From Obrimoposthia wandeli (taxonomy: Eukaryota): a stretch of 60,167 nucleotides of DNA. Positions within the stretch are counted from its first letter, which is position 1, and each line of letters begins with the position of its first letter. The position numbers and the translations under genes were made by a program. The stretch is from contig CDROCS010003444.1 of assembly GCA_977020255.1 (NCBI GenBank), positions 124,001-184,167 on the forward strand, read 5' to 3'. The notes beneath the pieces were generated by a model. It made no database searches and was not told where the DNA came from. It saw nothing but the letters and a program-made list of their open reading frames with translations. Positions 1 to 9,544 of the stretch are shown here, in pieces.

Positions 1-703
1 GGTGCGGAAACGGTAAATCAGGGCCTCCACCGTGAATATCAAAATTATCACCCAAACAATGCTTAGACATGGCAGAGCATTCAATATGCCAACCCGGGCG
101 GCCATTACCCCATGGAGACTCCCAGCTAACCTCTCCTTCTTTAGCTGCTTTCCAAAGGACAAAATCAATCGGATTTTCTTTTACATCGTTAATCATTACA
201 CGAGCTCCAGCGCGTAACTCATCAACGTTTTTATTGGTTAGCTTCCCGTATTCAGCAAATTTATGCACTCTATAATAAACATCGCCATTGCTGGCAGGAT
301 ATGCATAACCTTTGTCTATTAATGTTTGTGTTATCTCAATAATGCCTTTGATATGCCCTGTAGCACGTGGTTCTTGATCAGGTGGCAATACAAACAGGCG
401 TTTTTCATCTTCATGCATCGCGCCAATCATGCGTTCTGTTAGCTGCTCCATACTTTCGTTGTTTTCATTCGCGCGATTAAGAATTTTATCATCGACATCG
501 GTGATATTACGTACATAATTAACCTTCCAGCCTTGAGAGCGCAAAAAACGGGTAATAACATCAAACGACACCATCACTCTTGCATGGCCTATATGACAAA
601 AATCATAGACGGTCATGCCGCAAACATACATACTGATTTCGTTATTAACAAGTGGTTTAAAAGGCGCTTTTTGCTTAGTCAAAGTATCGTATATTTGTAA
701 CAT
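1..703 (-). CDS. cysS: Cysteine--tRNA ligase, N-terminal part; runs off the window start
   Basis: Manual minus-strand translation from ATG at 703: [12 protein letters not shown]...[17 protein letters not shown] (HIGH motif), [42 protein letters not shown]. Not in the ORF track because no stop lies in the window. Confidence 0.97.
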   Translation of the reverse strand, partial: MLQIYDTLTKQKAPFKPLVNNEISMYVCGMTVYDFCHIGHARVMVSFDVITRFLRSQGWKVNYVRNITDVDDKILNRANENNESMEQLTERMIGAMHEDEKRLFVLPPDQEPRATGHIKGIIEITQTLIDKGYAYPASNGDVYYRVHKFAEYGKLTNKNVDELRAGARVMINDVKENPIDFVLWKAAKEGEVSWESPWGNGRPGWHIECSAMSKHCLGDNFDIHGGGPDLPFPH

Positions 704-983
704 TTGATCCTACTTACAGGCTGTTTTAAGAGGCTGGCATTATAAACAAAATATAAGATTGAGCCTATAAAAACGATAGGCTCAATTGAAAAAATAGTTA
801 CAAAAAATTTTTGAGCATCCAGCTTTGCCTTCATAAAGGATGTTCCTGTATTTACAAAGCCCATTAACTCAAATAATTGACACGACAGATATAACCCTTT
901 ACAGCTACCTACCCTAAACTTAAGCAGCAATTATGAGCGTCCAAAGCAAGTAGCTTCCCTAGCTTTTTTTAAATTTAATCCAT

Positions 984-1907
984 TCAGGGCAGGGTAAATA
1001 CAGCAGCAATTTGTGATGTTAAACGGCTACTCTCTGCTGCAAGCACGAACTGTTTATCCCCTTTCCACACAATAGATTCCCATTGAGCATAAGGTTTAAT
1101 GGTGTAACGCACTGCACTTTGCCAATTTAAAGAATGATCTTTAACATCAACTAACCAAATGAACGAGTGACCAAAAACAGATTTTTGAGAATATCCTAAA
1201 AGTATCAGCTGTTCTGTTTTAGCATTATAATCAGCAGCAGTAATCAAGCCTTCAACAGGAAAGCTCGCCTCTGGTGAAAGCGTTTGCTCTGACTCGTGTT
1301 TGCTAACTCGATATAACTTGGTTTTAAAATCTTTACGGTTTTTACTAAACAGCCACAATTCATCTCCCACCACAGCTAAAGCTTCACTATCAAAATTATG
1401 CTTTCTTTGCGGCAAATAGTTTTGCTTATCTGCATAAACTATTTGTAAAGCACGACTAGATACACTTTCTTTGTTCACAGCGGAGTTCAAATCTCTTTTA
1501 GCGATTTTATATATATCAACGCTTTGCCTTATATCAATATTGTTACCCGTATCCGCTATATAAATATAATGATCATCTTCAGCGAGTTCTTCCCAATCTA
1601 AATTATATGCGTTTTTAATATCGATACTTTTTTTTAGCTTATAGGTACTTTGATCAAATCCGTATAGAGTTGCCTCACCGCCACTATCGTTAACCCCCCA
1701 ATACAGATCTTTGGAAGATGCTAGCCCCGACACTTCATTGAGTACTGAATTTAGCTTTACTTTTTTTATTGCTTTAAGCGTTTCAACCTTAACCTTAGCT
1801 GTAATTTCAGACGCAATAACCTGCTTATAATTAACAACAGCGGCAAGCGCCACAGTAAATAATACTATTTTTTGCAATTTTGACTTAAGCCTTAAGCTTT
1901 TTAACAT
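984..1907 (-). CDS. Uncharacterised secreted protein, probable beta-propeller (SdiA-regulated-like)
   Basis: 307 aa with signal-like N-terminus. Motifs EVSGL..YWGVNDSGG, DWEEL, IYIADTGNN, FDSEAL and QWESI recur in a blade-like pattern. Confidence 0.6.
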   Translation of the reverse strand: MLKSLRLKSKLQKIVLFTVALAAVVNYKQVIASEITAKVKVETLKAIKKVKLNSVLNEVSGLASSKDLYWGVNDSGGEATLYGFDQSTYKLKKSIDIKNAYNLDWEELAEDDHYIYIADTGNNIDIRQSVDIYKIAKRDLNSAVNKESVSSRALQIVYADKQNYLPQRKHNFDSEALAVVGDELWLFSKNRKDFKTKLYRVSKHESEQTLSPEASFPVEGLITAADYNAKTEQLILLGYSQKSVFGHSFIWLVDVKDHSLNWQSAVRYTIKPYAQWESIVWKGDKQFVLAAESSRLTSQIAAVFTLP

Positions 1908-2533
1908 AACCTTCCTTGAATAGGGTCTGAAGTATTTTTCAATAAAAATACCACATTATAAGCTTGCCTTTGCAATTTTATCTCATCGCTGATTTTAATT
2001 TACTAAATGGTGATTACAGGCAGATAATTGGCAGTTTTGATCACCTTTAATTACTTTAAAGCTATTTAATGAGCAGAGTTTTTTTGTTAGTAGAGGCTCT
2101 CTTCAAAGTAACAGTGAAAGCGCTTAAAAATATAGATAATTATCTTTTATTGAAATTTAAATCATGACCATCAAATTTTATTTACTTGGCATGAACAAGA
2201 TAAAGTTATGCCTTCTAATATAAATTAATACATAGCGTTAAAGCAGTGCTGACATCACTTTAAATGCCGCTTATACATAGCTAAATACAACCATGCTGCT
2301 CAACTTTCCTTTGTTTTAGGAAAAAAAGTGACATATCGCAAATAAAAGACAAAAGTTTCTTATAGGAAACTTTGTTTAATAGCATCTAACAATGCTATGA
2401 TCCATTCGAACGGCGGTTCTGCAAAGGATTATGTCCTTTCTAGACCTGTTATATTACATATAAGATTTAAAATAGGTCAATACAAGTAACAAAAGATCGT
2501 ATTTAATTTCCATATAATTTAAAGGATACAACA

Positions 2534-4204
2534 GTGAACTCAGATATCGATATTGCAAGAGCTGCAAATAAAAAACCCATCTCTGAAATTGCCGCTAAAT
2601 TAGGCATCCCCGTCGAGCACATCACGCCTTACGGGCATGATAAAGCTAAAGTCAATGTTGAATACATCAACAGTTTAGAAGATAAAAAAGACGGTAAGCT
2701 AATTCTTGTTACTGCTATCAGCCCTACACCTGCTGGTGAAGGTAAGACAACAACGACTGTTGGCCTAGGAGACGGTTTAAACCTTATCGGTAAGCAAACG
2801 GTTATTTGTCTACGTGAACCAAGCCTTGGTCCATGTTTTGGAATGAAAGGTGGTGCTGCAGGTGGCGGCATGGCACAAGTTGTGCCTATGGAAGATATCA
2901 ATTTACACTTTACAGGTGATTTTCATGCCATTGGTGCCGCTCACAATTTATTAGCCGCATTAATCGACAATCACATTCACTGGGGTAATGACTTAGGTAT
3001 TGACAGCCGTCGTATTGCATTCAAGCGTGTTATTGACATGAATGATAGAGCATTACGTGAGCTAGCTATTGGTCTGGGCGGTCCTGGTAACGGTTATTCT
3101 CGTACTGATGGCTTTGATATTACTGTTGCCTCTGAAATCATGGCGATATTCTGTTTAGCGACAGATGTTAAAGATTTACAAAAGCGTATTGGTAACATTG
3201 TTATCGCTGAAACTCGCGATCGTCAGCCAATACTTGCTAAGCAAGTTGATGCTGATGGCGCAATGGCAACACTTCTAAAAGATGCTATTAATCCAAACCT
3301 AGTACAAACACTTGAAAACAACCCTGCGTTCATCCACGGCGGTCCTTTCGCTAACATCGCACACGGTTGTAACTCAGTTATCGCAACTAAAGCTGCTTTA
3401 AAGTTAGGCGACTACGTGGTTACTGAAGCTGGATTTGGTGCCGATTTAGGCGCAGAGAAGTTCTTCGATATTAAGTGTCGCAAAGCTGGACTAAAGCCTG
3501 AAGCAACGGTTATTGTTGCAACTGTTCGCGCCCTTAAAATGCATGGCGGCGTTGACAAAAAGTCACTTTCTGGTGAAAACGTAGATGCTGTTGTTAAAGG
3601 CTGCGCTAACTTAGTTAGACACATTCAAAATGTTAAATCATTTGGTGTACCTGTCATTGTCGCTATCAACCAGTTCATCCACGACACTGATGCTGAAATT
3701 GCTGCAATTCAAGCTGCTGCTAAAGAGCAAGGCGTTGAAGCAGTTCTTGCTAGCCATTGGGCAAACGGTTCTGCTGGTACTGAAGAGCTTGCAACGAAAG
3801 TGGTTGCGCTAATTGAAGCTGGGCATTCACAGTTCTCGCCTATCTATAGCCTTGAACAGCCGTTGTTCGACAAAATCGAAATCATTGCCACCAAGATCTA
3901 TGGTGCAAGCGAAGTTGCTGCTGATAAAACAGTTCGTGCCAAGCTTAAAATGTTTGAAGATCAGGGATTTGGCGATTTGCCAATTTGTATGGCTAAAACG
4001 CAATATAGCTTCTCTACAGATATGAACCTGTTAGGCGCGCCTACAGGACACTCTGTTACTGTTCGTGAAGTACGTTTAGCAGCCGGTGCTGAATTTGTTG
4101 TTGCTGTTTGTGGCGATATTATGACAATGCCTGGTTTACCTAGAGTGCCAGCAGCTAATAAGATACATGTTGATGAAGATGGTCTTATCCAAGGTTTATT
4201 CTAG
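2534..4204 (+). CDS. fhs: Formate--tetrahydrofolate ligase
   Basis: 556 aa with [65 protein letters not shown] start preceded by AAAGGA. Confidence 0.98.
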   Translation: MNSDIDIARAANKKPISEIAAKLGIPVEHITPYGHDKAKVNVEYINSLEDKKDGKLILVTAISPTPAGEGKTTTTVGLGDGLNLIGKQTVICLREPSLGPCFGMKGGAAGGGMAQVVPMEDINLHFTGDFHAIGAAHNLLAALIDNHIHWGNDLGIDSRRIAFKRVIDMNDRALRELAIGLGGPGNGYSRTDGFDITVASEIMAIFCLATDVKDLQKRIGNIVIAETRDRQPILAKQVDADGAMATLLKDAINPNLVQTLENNPAFIHGGPFANIAHGCNSVIATKAALKLGDYVVTEAGFGADLGAEKFFDIKCRKAGLKPEATVIVATVRALKMHGGVDKKSLSGENVDAVVKGCANLVRHIQNVKSFGVPVIVAINQFIHDTDAEIAAIQAAAKEQGVEAVLASHWANGSAGTEELATKVVALIEAGHSQFSPIYSLEQPLFDKIEIIATKIYGASEVAADKTVRAKLKMFEDQGFGDLPICMAKTQYSFSTDMNLLGAPTGHSVTVREVRLAAGAEFVVAVCGDIMTMPGLPRVPAANKIHVDEDGLIQGLF

Positions 4205-4222
4205 ATCCTTAGCTTAAAATTG

Positions 4223-4251
4223 AAAAAGGCTATCTATTGATAGCCTTTTTT
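4223..4251. terminator. Bidirectional intrinsic terminator between fhs and the CMD gene
   Basis: aaaaaggctatc-tatt-gatagcctttttt, a perfect stem with A/T tracts on both sides, between convergent genes. Confidence 0.9.
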
Positions 4252-4290
4252 ATTTGTCTAGAACAATCTATTACCTATCATTTGATGACT

Positions 4291-4872
4291 TTAGCGTAAC
4301 TTGGGAACACCTATTTCTTGAGTGACGGTAGCAGGGAGTTTAGCGTTCACTGCTGCATCTAGAGTCAAACCCCATGTATTAATCATACAGCCAAGAATCA
4401 CATACATACCATGAATTGCCATTAAATCCATAATTTGTGCAGTACTATAAAACTCGCTAAGACGTTCTAGTAGCTGCGGGTCGATACGATGTGTTGAAAT
4501 TAGTTGATCTACTGCTATTAGCAACAGCACTTCACTTACATCCCAACTAGAGTCAGGCTCTCGCTGATTAACCCGCTCTATTTCTTCTAAGCTAATACCA
4601 CAAGCCAAACTGCGCTCTACATGAGAACCCCATTCATACCAAGCGTTCATATGTATCGCCACACGCAATATAACTAACTCAGCTCTGCGCTTACCAAGGC
4701 TGCCACCTTGTACAGAATAATTGCGAAAATCCCACCAAGCCTTCAATAAATCAGGGTTATTAGCCATCAATGCATGTACATTAATTGGCTTAGCATTCAT
4801 ATCATTAATAATATGCTCTAGCTGCACTGGCCACTGCTCTATCGGCAGCGGTAAAACTTGCTCATTTTTCAT
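4291..4872 (-). CDS. Carboxymuconolactone decarboxylase (CMD/AhpD-like) family protein
   Basis: 193 aa with RAELVILRVA..AWYEWGSH, typical of CxxC-less CMD proteins. Confidence 0.85.
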   Translation of the reverse strand: MKNEQVLPLPIEQWPVQLEHIINDMNAKPINVHALMANNPDLLKAWWDFRNYSVQGGSLGKRRAELVILRVAIHMNAWYEWGSHVERSLACGISLEEIERVNQREPDSSWDVSEVLLLIAVDQLISTHRIDPQLLERLSEFYSTAQIMDLMAIHGMYVILGCMINTWGLTLDAAVNAKLPATVTQEIGVPKLR

Positions 4873-4976
4873 TTATTTTCTCTTTTACTTTAATTCGCAT
4901 TGGCGCCAATATAGAAATAACAGCTATAAGCTTATCATTTTCAACACAAACTAAGTTGTAAAATATGAAGGTGAAT

Positions 4977-5864
4977 TTAAGTAAGCAATAAAATAATGAC
5001 ACTCAACATTATCAAAATCATACCGATATATTCTTTCAAAGAGACCTTTTCATTAAAAAAGAAATAGGTAATTAGCAGTGTAAAAATAAACTCTATTTGC
5101 CCTAAAGACTTTACCATTGCAGCATTTTGATAAGTCATTGCAGTAAACCAGCCAATGGAGCCAAAAGCGCTGGTGGCACCTACAAATAGAGCTAACTTTA
5201 AATGTTTTTTCAGAATAATTAACTGCTCATATTCGCGCCAATATACATACACAAAACAAATTACTGATTGCAAAGTCACCATGAACACGAGGGTTATTGC
5301 GGCATTAAACATTAGATCATCACCTAAGCTTAAACTCCCCTGCCTTATCCAAAGTGATGTAAGGGCAAATGCGATACCAGATAAAACCCCATAAAATACA
5401 GTCATTTTTTCGAGTGGCTGGCCTTTACTCGGCAAGCTAACCACTAAAATACCTAGCACGCCTAACACTACTGCTAACCAGCCATAAAAAGATAAATATG
5501 CACTGAAAAAAAGCGCTCCCAAAATAGCTGTTTGAATTGCCTCCGTCTTAGCAAAACTACTGCCCACCGCAAAGTTTTTAAAACTTAACACTTTAACCAG
5601 CCATACCGTGGCGAAAATCTGCGAAATGGCAGCTGCAGTGGCAAACAGTAAAAACTGATTATTTTGACTGGCTTGTTCAATCGTTTGTAGTAACTGCTGA
5701 TCACCCAAATAAAAAAGATAAGCTGCGGCAAAAGGCAAACCGAAAATATACCTGACAAGCGTCGTTGCCATAGGAGAAATATACTTGGCAATGCGTTTTT
5801 GTCCTGCTGTTCGAACAGCCTGCATAACAGCTGCAAATAGCGTAAATCCAACCCAAATTTCCAT
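4977..5864 (-). CDS. DMT/EamA-family transporter
   Basis: 295 aa, about 10 hydrophobic segments in two repeats, C-terminal SLGQIEFIF..FFFNEKVS..GMILI. Confidence 0.88.
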   Translation of the reverse strand: MEIWVGFTLFAAVMQAVRTAGQKRIAKYISPMATTLVRYIFGLPFAAAYLFYLGDQQLLQTIEQASQNNQFLLFATAAAISQIFATVWLVKVLSFKNFAVGSSFAKTEAIQTAILGALFFSAYLSFYGWLAVVLGVLGILVVSLPSKGQPLEKMTVFYGVLSGIAFALTSLWIRQGSLSLGDDLMFNAAITLVFMVTLQSVICFVYVYWREYEQLIILKKHLKLALFVGATSAFGSIGWFTAMTYQNAAMVKSLGQIEFIFTLLITYFFFNEKVSLKEYIGMILIMLSVIILLLT

Positions 5865-5940
5865 TAAAGTTCTCTCATATCAAAAAGCTATTATCATATA
5901 AACGCTCTAATAAACAAAACGAATTGATTTTGTAGTATTG

Positions 5941-5957
5941 ATTCCAAATGGGAATAC
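5941..5957. promoter_or_regulatory. Candidate LysR-type binding site upstream of the DMT gene
   Basis: ATTCC-AAATG-GGAAT(AC), a T-N11-A dyad 77 bp upstream of the DMT start, identical at 16/17 positions to 39935-39951. Confidence 0.55.
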
Positions 5958-5989
5958 CAAGATAAAAACAGGCAGCAACAATAAAGACT

Positions 5990-6795
5990 TACTTAGATGA
6001 CAAGGAAGCACGACTTTTAGTTGATCAAAGAAATCTAATGATAAAGCCAAATAATCAGATCAAAAAGAAGACTGTAATCTGTGCAGTAATGGTTTTTAAA
6101 ATTATTTTCAGTCATAACAGTTAACAAGGTGAAGCGTAAGCTGTAATACTTACCTCAAGTAATGACAAAACATCTTCAGCACTCCCTTAGTATCAGGATA
6201 ATTATTGCCTCATAAATTAATATCACTTAGGACGTATTGTAATTGCTCTTATTTTTAGCCCTACCGCATATTGGCCATCGCGAAACGAAAAAAGAACACA
6301 AATAATAGCCAAACAAGGGTGTGAGGATGTGAGGATGTGAGGATGTGAACCATCTACTTGCATATGTCATTGGCTGCATAATTATTGTTATTTGATCACG
6401 GTTATCTCTCGCTGCAAGACTGTGGGAGCTAAGTTGTTTGAAAGTGAAAATGGCCAGAATACCGCTGCGTTAAGACATCCAGTCGACTGCGAGTAAATAG
6501 CGATAAACCTTATTCAGAAACTTTATTCAAGACAGTGCAAACTTACTATCAACGGCCCAAAGCAGATTTTTAAGCTTATTGGAAACCAGAATTTGGATTG
6601 ATATGTTTATAAACAACTACAACGACAAATATCATAGCAGTGTCCGATCTGTCACATCGAATGAACGGCATGAAAGCCAAAATATAATTATTTTTGGCAG
6701 AGCGGTTTTTGGATACGACAGTCAACCCTAATCAAAATATCTATTTGAAATACAGCAACCATTAACGCGAACATAACTTAATAGAACAGAGTTAA
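5990..6795 (+). mobile_element. Decayed IS3-family transposase remnant (rve integrase core); 5' boundary uncertain
   Basis: From 6490: RVNSDKPYSETLFKTV (compare IS3 OrfB RVSNDNPYSESLFKTLK). After a stop at 6571 and a frameshift, from 6582: ETRIWIDMFINNYNDKYHSSVRSVTSNERH (compare W...FV.WYN.EH.HS.I..VTP.ERH). Weaker traces upstream to about 5990. No TIRs recognised. Confidence 0.8.
6320..6348 (+). repeat. Tandem repeat (TGTGAGGA)x3 plus TGTGA
   Basis: Read directly: tgtgagga tgtgagga tgtgagga tgtga. Confidence 0.95.
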
Positions 6796-7130
6796 ATTTA
6801 AATCCTTTTTTCGCCTAACCATGTTGCCAGCTCTGTGTGATCGTGTAAATCATCTTGAGTAATAGGATGCACTAATACACTTAACCCCAATCTGTTTTCG
6901 TCTAACCAAGGTATTAACTCACTAAAGCTCTTGCTATCAAACAATACTTGGCAACTCCACATTGGGTGTGAACCTACCTGTTTTTTTATGCTTTTTACCC
7001 ACTTTTAAGGAAAATTTTTTTCAATGCTTACCAGTATTTCCAATGCTGTTTCATAAGTCTTTTCATCAAAATACAAATGTGCGTGGTAGCTCTGGTGTGA
7101 ATTAACGGGATAGCTTTTGTTACTCATCAT
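6778..7130 (-). pseudogene. DOPA 4,5-dioxygenase family pseudogene (homopolymer frameshifts)
   Basis: ATG at 7130 gives MMSNKSYPVNSHQSYHAHLYFD..., then a stop at 7005-7007. Downstream: QVGSHPMWSCQVLF...IPWLDENRLGLSVLVHPITQDDLHDHTELATWLG. Correcting three A-run lengths restores one ORF ending at 6778. Confidence 0.88.
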
Positions 7131-7420
7131 AAATCCTATTTTTTGCTCTGTAATCTAGATTAAAACAACAACGAGTAGGGTGTATTTGCATTTTTCAACA
7201 ATAAAAAAATACGGAATATTAACATCATTTTAATTTAAAATCAGACATTAAGCGCTACAACATAAGGTTTAAAAGCGCCTTTTCGTTAAGCGAACAGTGA
7301 TTAATAGTAATTATTTATGCTGATAAACCAACAGAATTCACCTTGCATTCACCAATAGCAGAAGTATAGTGAATACGTGCCTTCAAGCTGTTAATGCATA
7401 CAAATTAGCGGGGATTCATT

Positions 7421-7951
7421 ATGTTTTCGATGAAAGTTAATGAAAAAATTGATATTATTTTTCTCCATGATAACTTTAAAAGCAGCTTCTACAAACTATT
7501 CAAAAGCAATAAACTACAGCTTTTAAAATGGTTCAATTGGCCTAATAATTGTCAAAGCGAAGATGATTTTTCAAAACTGATCTCCAATGCTTTATTTGAA
7601 TATGCCAGAGGCACAGCAGTCCAAAGCGCCATTAGTTACGAAAATGAATTAATTGGCTACATAGGCCTAACGAAAGTAAATACTTTATTAGGTAAAGCGG
7701 AATTAAGCTATTGGATAAGTCATGATTATCAAGGCCGAGGAATTATGACATTAGTTTGTCGCAAAATGATTGATTACGCTTTTCATTTTTTATGCCTAGA
7801 CAAAATAGAGACGTCTATTGCGACAGACAATATCAGTAGCCGCAAAGTTTGTGAAATGCTGGATTTTGAGCTTGAGGGGATATTAAAACGCGCGGAAAAT
7901 ATTAATGGTAAAGTGATTGATCATGCTAGGTATGGGTTATTAAAATCTTGA
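7421..7951 (+). CDS. GNAT N-acetyltransferase, RimJ/RimL family
   Basis: 176 aa with AELSYWIS.DYQGRGIMT, N..SRKVCE.L.FELEGILK. Confidence 0.9.
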   Translation: MFSMKVNEKIDIIFLHDNFKSSFYKLFKSNKLQLLKWFNWPNNCQSEDDFSKLISNALFEYARGTAVQSAISYENELIGYIGLTKVNTLLGKAELSYWISHDYQGRGIMTLVCRKMIDYAFHFLCLDKIETSIATDNISSRKVCEMLDFELEGILKRAENINGKVIDHARYGLLKS

Positions 7952-8350
7952 CTGAATATTTCATTTTGAGATTTCTTCAGTCTCCAAATAACGGTCAAAA
8001 AAGACTATATCGTGGCTTATGTATCCTTTTTCACACTTTATACTTGGTATTTAATAAGCGTTCAGTTGCACTCGTTTTTACTATTACGCATTAACTATTA
8101 CCCAATCTTGTTTCAATTTTTAACAACTCTATAAATTAATTTTCTAAATCAAATTTAATTTCCTCTCTATAGCTGTTTTTCTTTTTATCATATCTAATCA
8201 AGTCATAAATTAGCTCGTTCATATCGACTTTTCAAAGATCTACCAAAACAAAGTTCTCATCGCTATAAAAGCCATTGAAATACCGTTACGAGAAGATCAT
8301 AATCTCGGACTTCTACAGCACTATTAACTATTTTGAGTTCACTAATATCT

Positions 8351-9451
8351 ATGAAAATTAATGTTGGGGTTGTTTTTGGCGGTCGTTCTGCTGAACATGA
8401 AGTATCTATAATGTCTGCAAGATCAATTGTTGCAGCAATGGATACTGAAAAATATAATGTACATTTAATTGGCATAACCCACCAGGGACAATGGCTATAC
8501 GCAAAGAGTGAAACAGCGTTAGACTTTAAAACTGTTGATGAGCAGAGTTTAACACCAGCCAGTATTGATTTTTCTAATGCTTTACCTACTTTAATTGATA
8601 ATTCGCCCGGCCAGCAAGGCAAGGTATTAGCTCAATTGGATGTGATATTCCCTATTTTACATGGCCCATATGGCGAAGATGGTACCATCCAAGGCTTGTT
8701 TGAGTTATCGAACGTGGCATATGTAGGTTGTAATGTTGCAGCTTCTGCTATTGCCATGGACAAAGCTTTGGCTAAAAACGCATTCAAAGCTGCTGGCCTT
8801 TTGCAAATGGACTATCAAGTGTATAAATACACTCACTATTGCAATAATAAACAACAAGTTATTAATGATATTCAAGCTAACTTTAGTTTTCCTGTATTTA
8901 TAAAACCTGCCAATATGGGGTCTAGTATTGGTATCTCTAAAGCACATTCGTTAAAAGAGCTCGATGTTGCTATGGATGAAGCCTATAAATTTGATAATAA
9001 AATAATAATTGAAGCCAGTGCTGAAAACTGCGCTGAAGTCGAATGCGCTATTTTGGGTTTAAACCAGCCTGAAGCTTCTATGGTAGGTGAAATTCTAGCC
9101 GGCAAAGAGTTTTATGATTATGAAACAAAATACTTTGATGGAAGATCGGAGACAGTTATCCCAGCCTTTTTACCTAATAGCGTGATACAAAAGGTTAGAG
9201 AAGCCGCTCTAGTCGCTTTCGAAGCAATAGATGGTGCAGGCTTATCAAGAGTGGATTTTTTTGTAAACCGTGATACTCATGATATCTATATTAATGAAGT
9301 AAACACCATGCCTGGATTCACCCCTATTAGTATGTATAGTAAGTTATGGAAGGCTAGTGGAGTTGGCTACACGCAACTTATTGACCGATTAATAGCCTTA
9401 GCGCTTGAAAGACATCAACAAAAAAAACGCCTCAGCAGCTACTCAAATTAA
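8351..9451 (+). CDS. ddl: D-alanine--D-alanine ligase, DdlA-length
   Basis: GG.SAEHEVS, LHGPYGEDGTIQG, KPANMGSSIG, FYDYETKY, SRVDFF, NEVNTMPGFT. Start moved to ATG 8351. Confidence 0.96.
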   Translation: MKINVGVVFGGRSAEHEVSIMSARSIVAAMDTEKYNVHLIGITHQGQWLYAKSETALDFKTVDEQSLTPASIDFSNALPTLIDNSPGQQGKVLAQLDVIFPILHGPYGEDGTIQGLFELSNVAYVGCNVAASAIAMDKALAKNAFKAAGLLQMDYQVYKYTHYCNNKQQVINDIQANFSFPVFIKPANMGSSIGISKAHSLKELDVAMDEAYKFDNKIIIEASAENCAEVECAILGLNQPEASMVGEILAGKEFYDYETKYFDGRSETVIPAFLPNSVIQKVREAALVAFEAIDGAGLSRVDFFVNRDTHDIYINEVNTMPGFTPISMYSKLWKASGVGYTQLIDRLIALALERHQQKKRLSSYSN

Positions 9452-9485
9452 GCAGCCCTCCCTGCCTCTTTAGATGGCGGGATAT

Positions 9486-9519
9486 AGCAATACTAAAATG
9501 TTCTACCTTTAGTATTGCT
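9486..9519. terminator. Hairpin between convergent ddl and dsbD
   Basis: agcaatactaaa-N10-tttagtattgct, a 12-bp perfect inverted repeat. Confidence 0.6.
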
Positions 9520-9544
9520 TAGAGATGCTGTGTAAAGGACTCTT

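Noticed and set aside
32-275. Plus-strand ORFs 32..217 and 69..275
   Set aside because: Antisense shadows of cysS.
679-930. 83-aa minus-strand ORF upstream of cysS
   Set aside because: TTG start, no recognisable motif, overlaps the cysS start in another frame, and spans the cysS promoter and hairpin. Probably spurious.
6320-6348. Possible CRISPR or iteron array
   Set aside because: 8-bp unit with no spacers; no cas or rep gene. It is a simple tandem repeat.
8351-9451. Van-type glycopeptide resistance ligase
   Set aside because: The omega loop keeps Tyr (YDYETKY), and there is no vanH, vanX or vanRS nearby.
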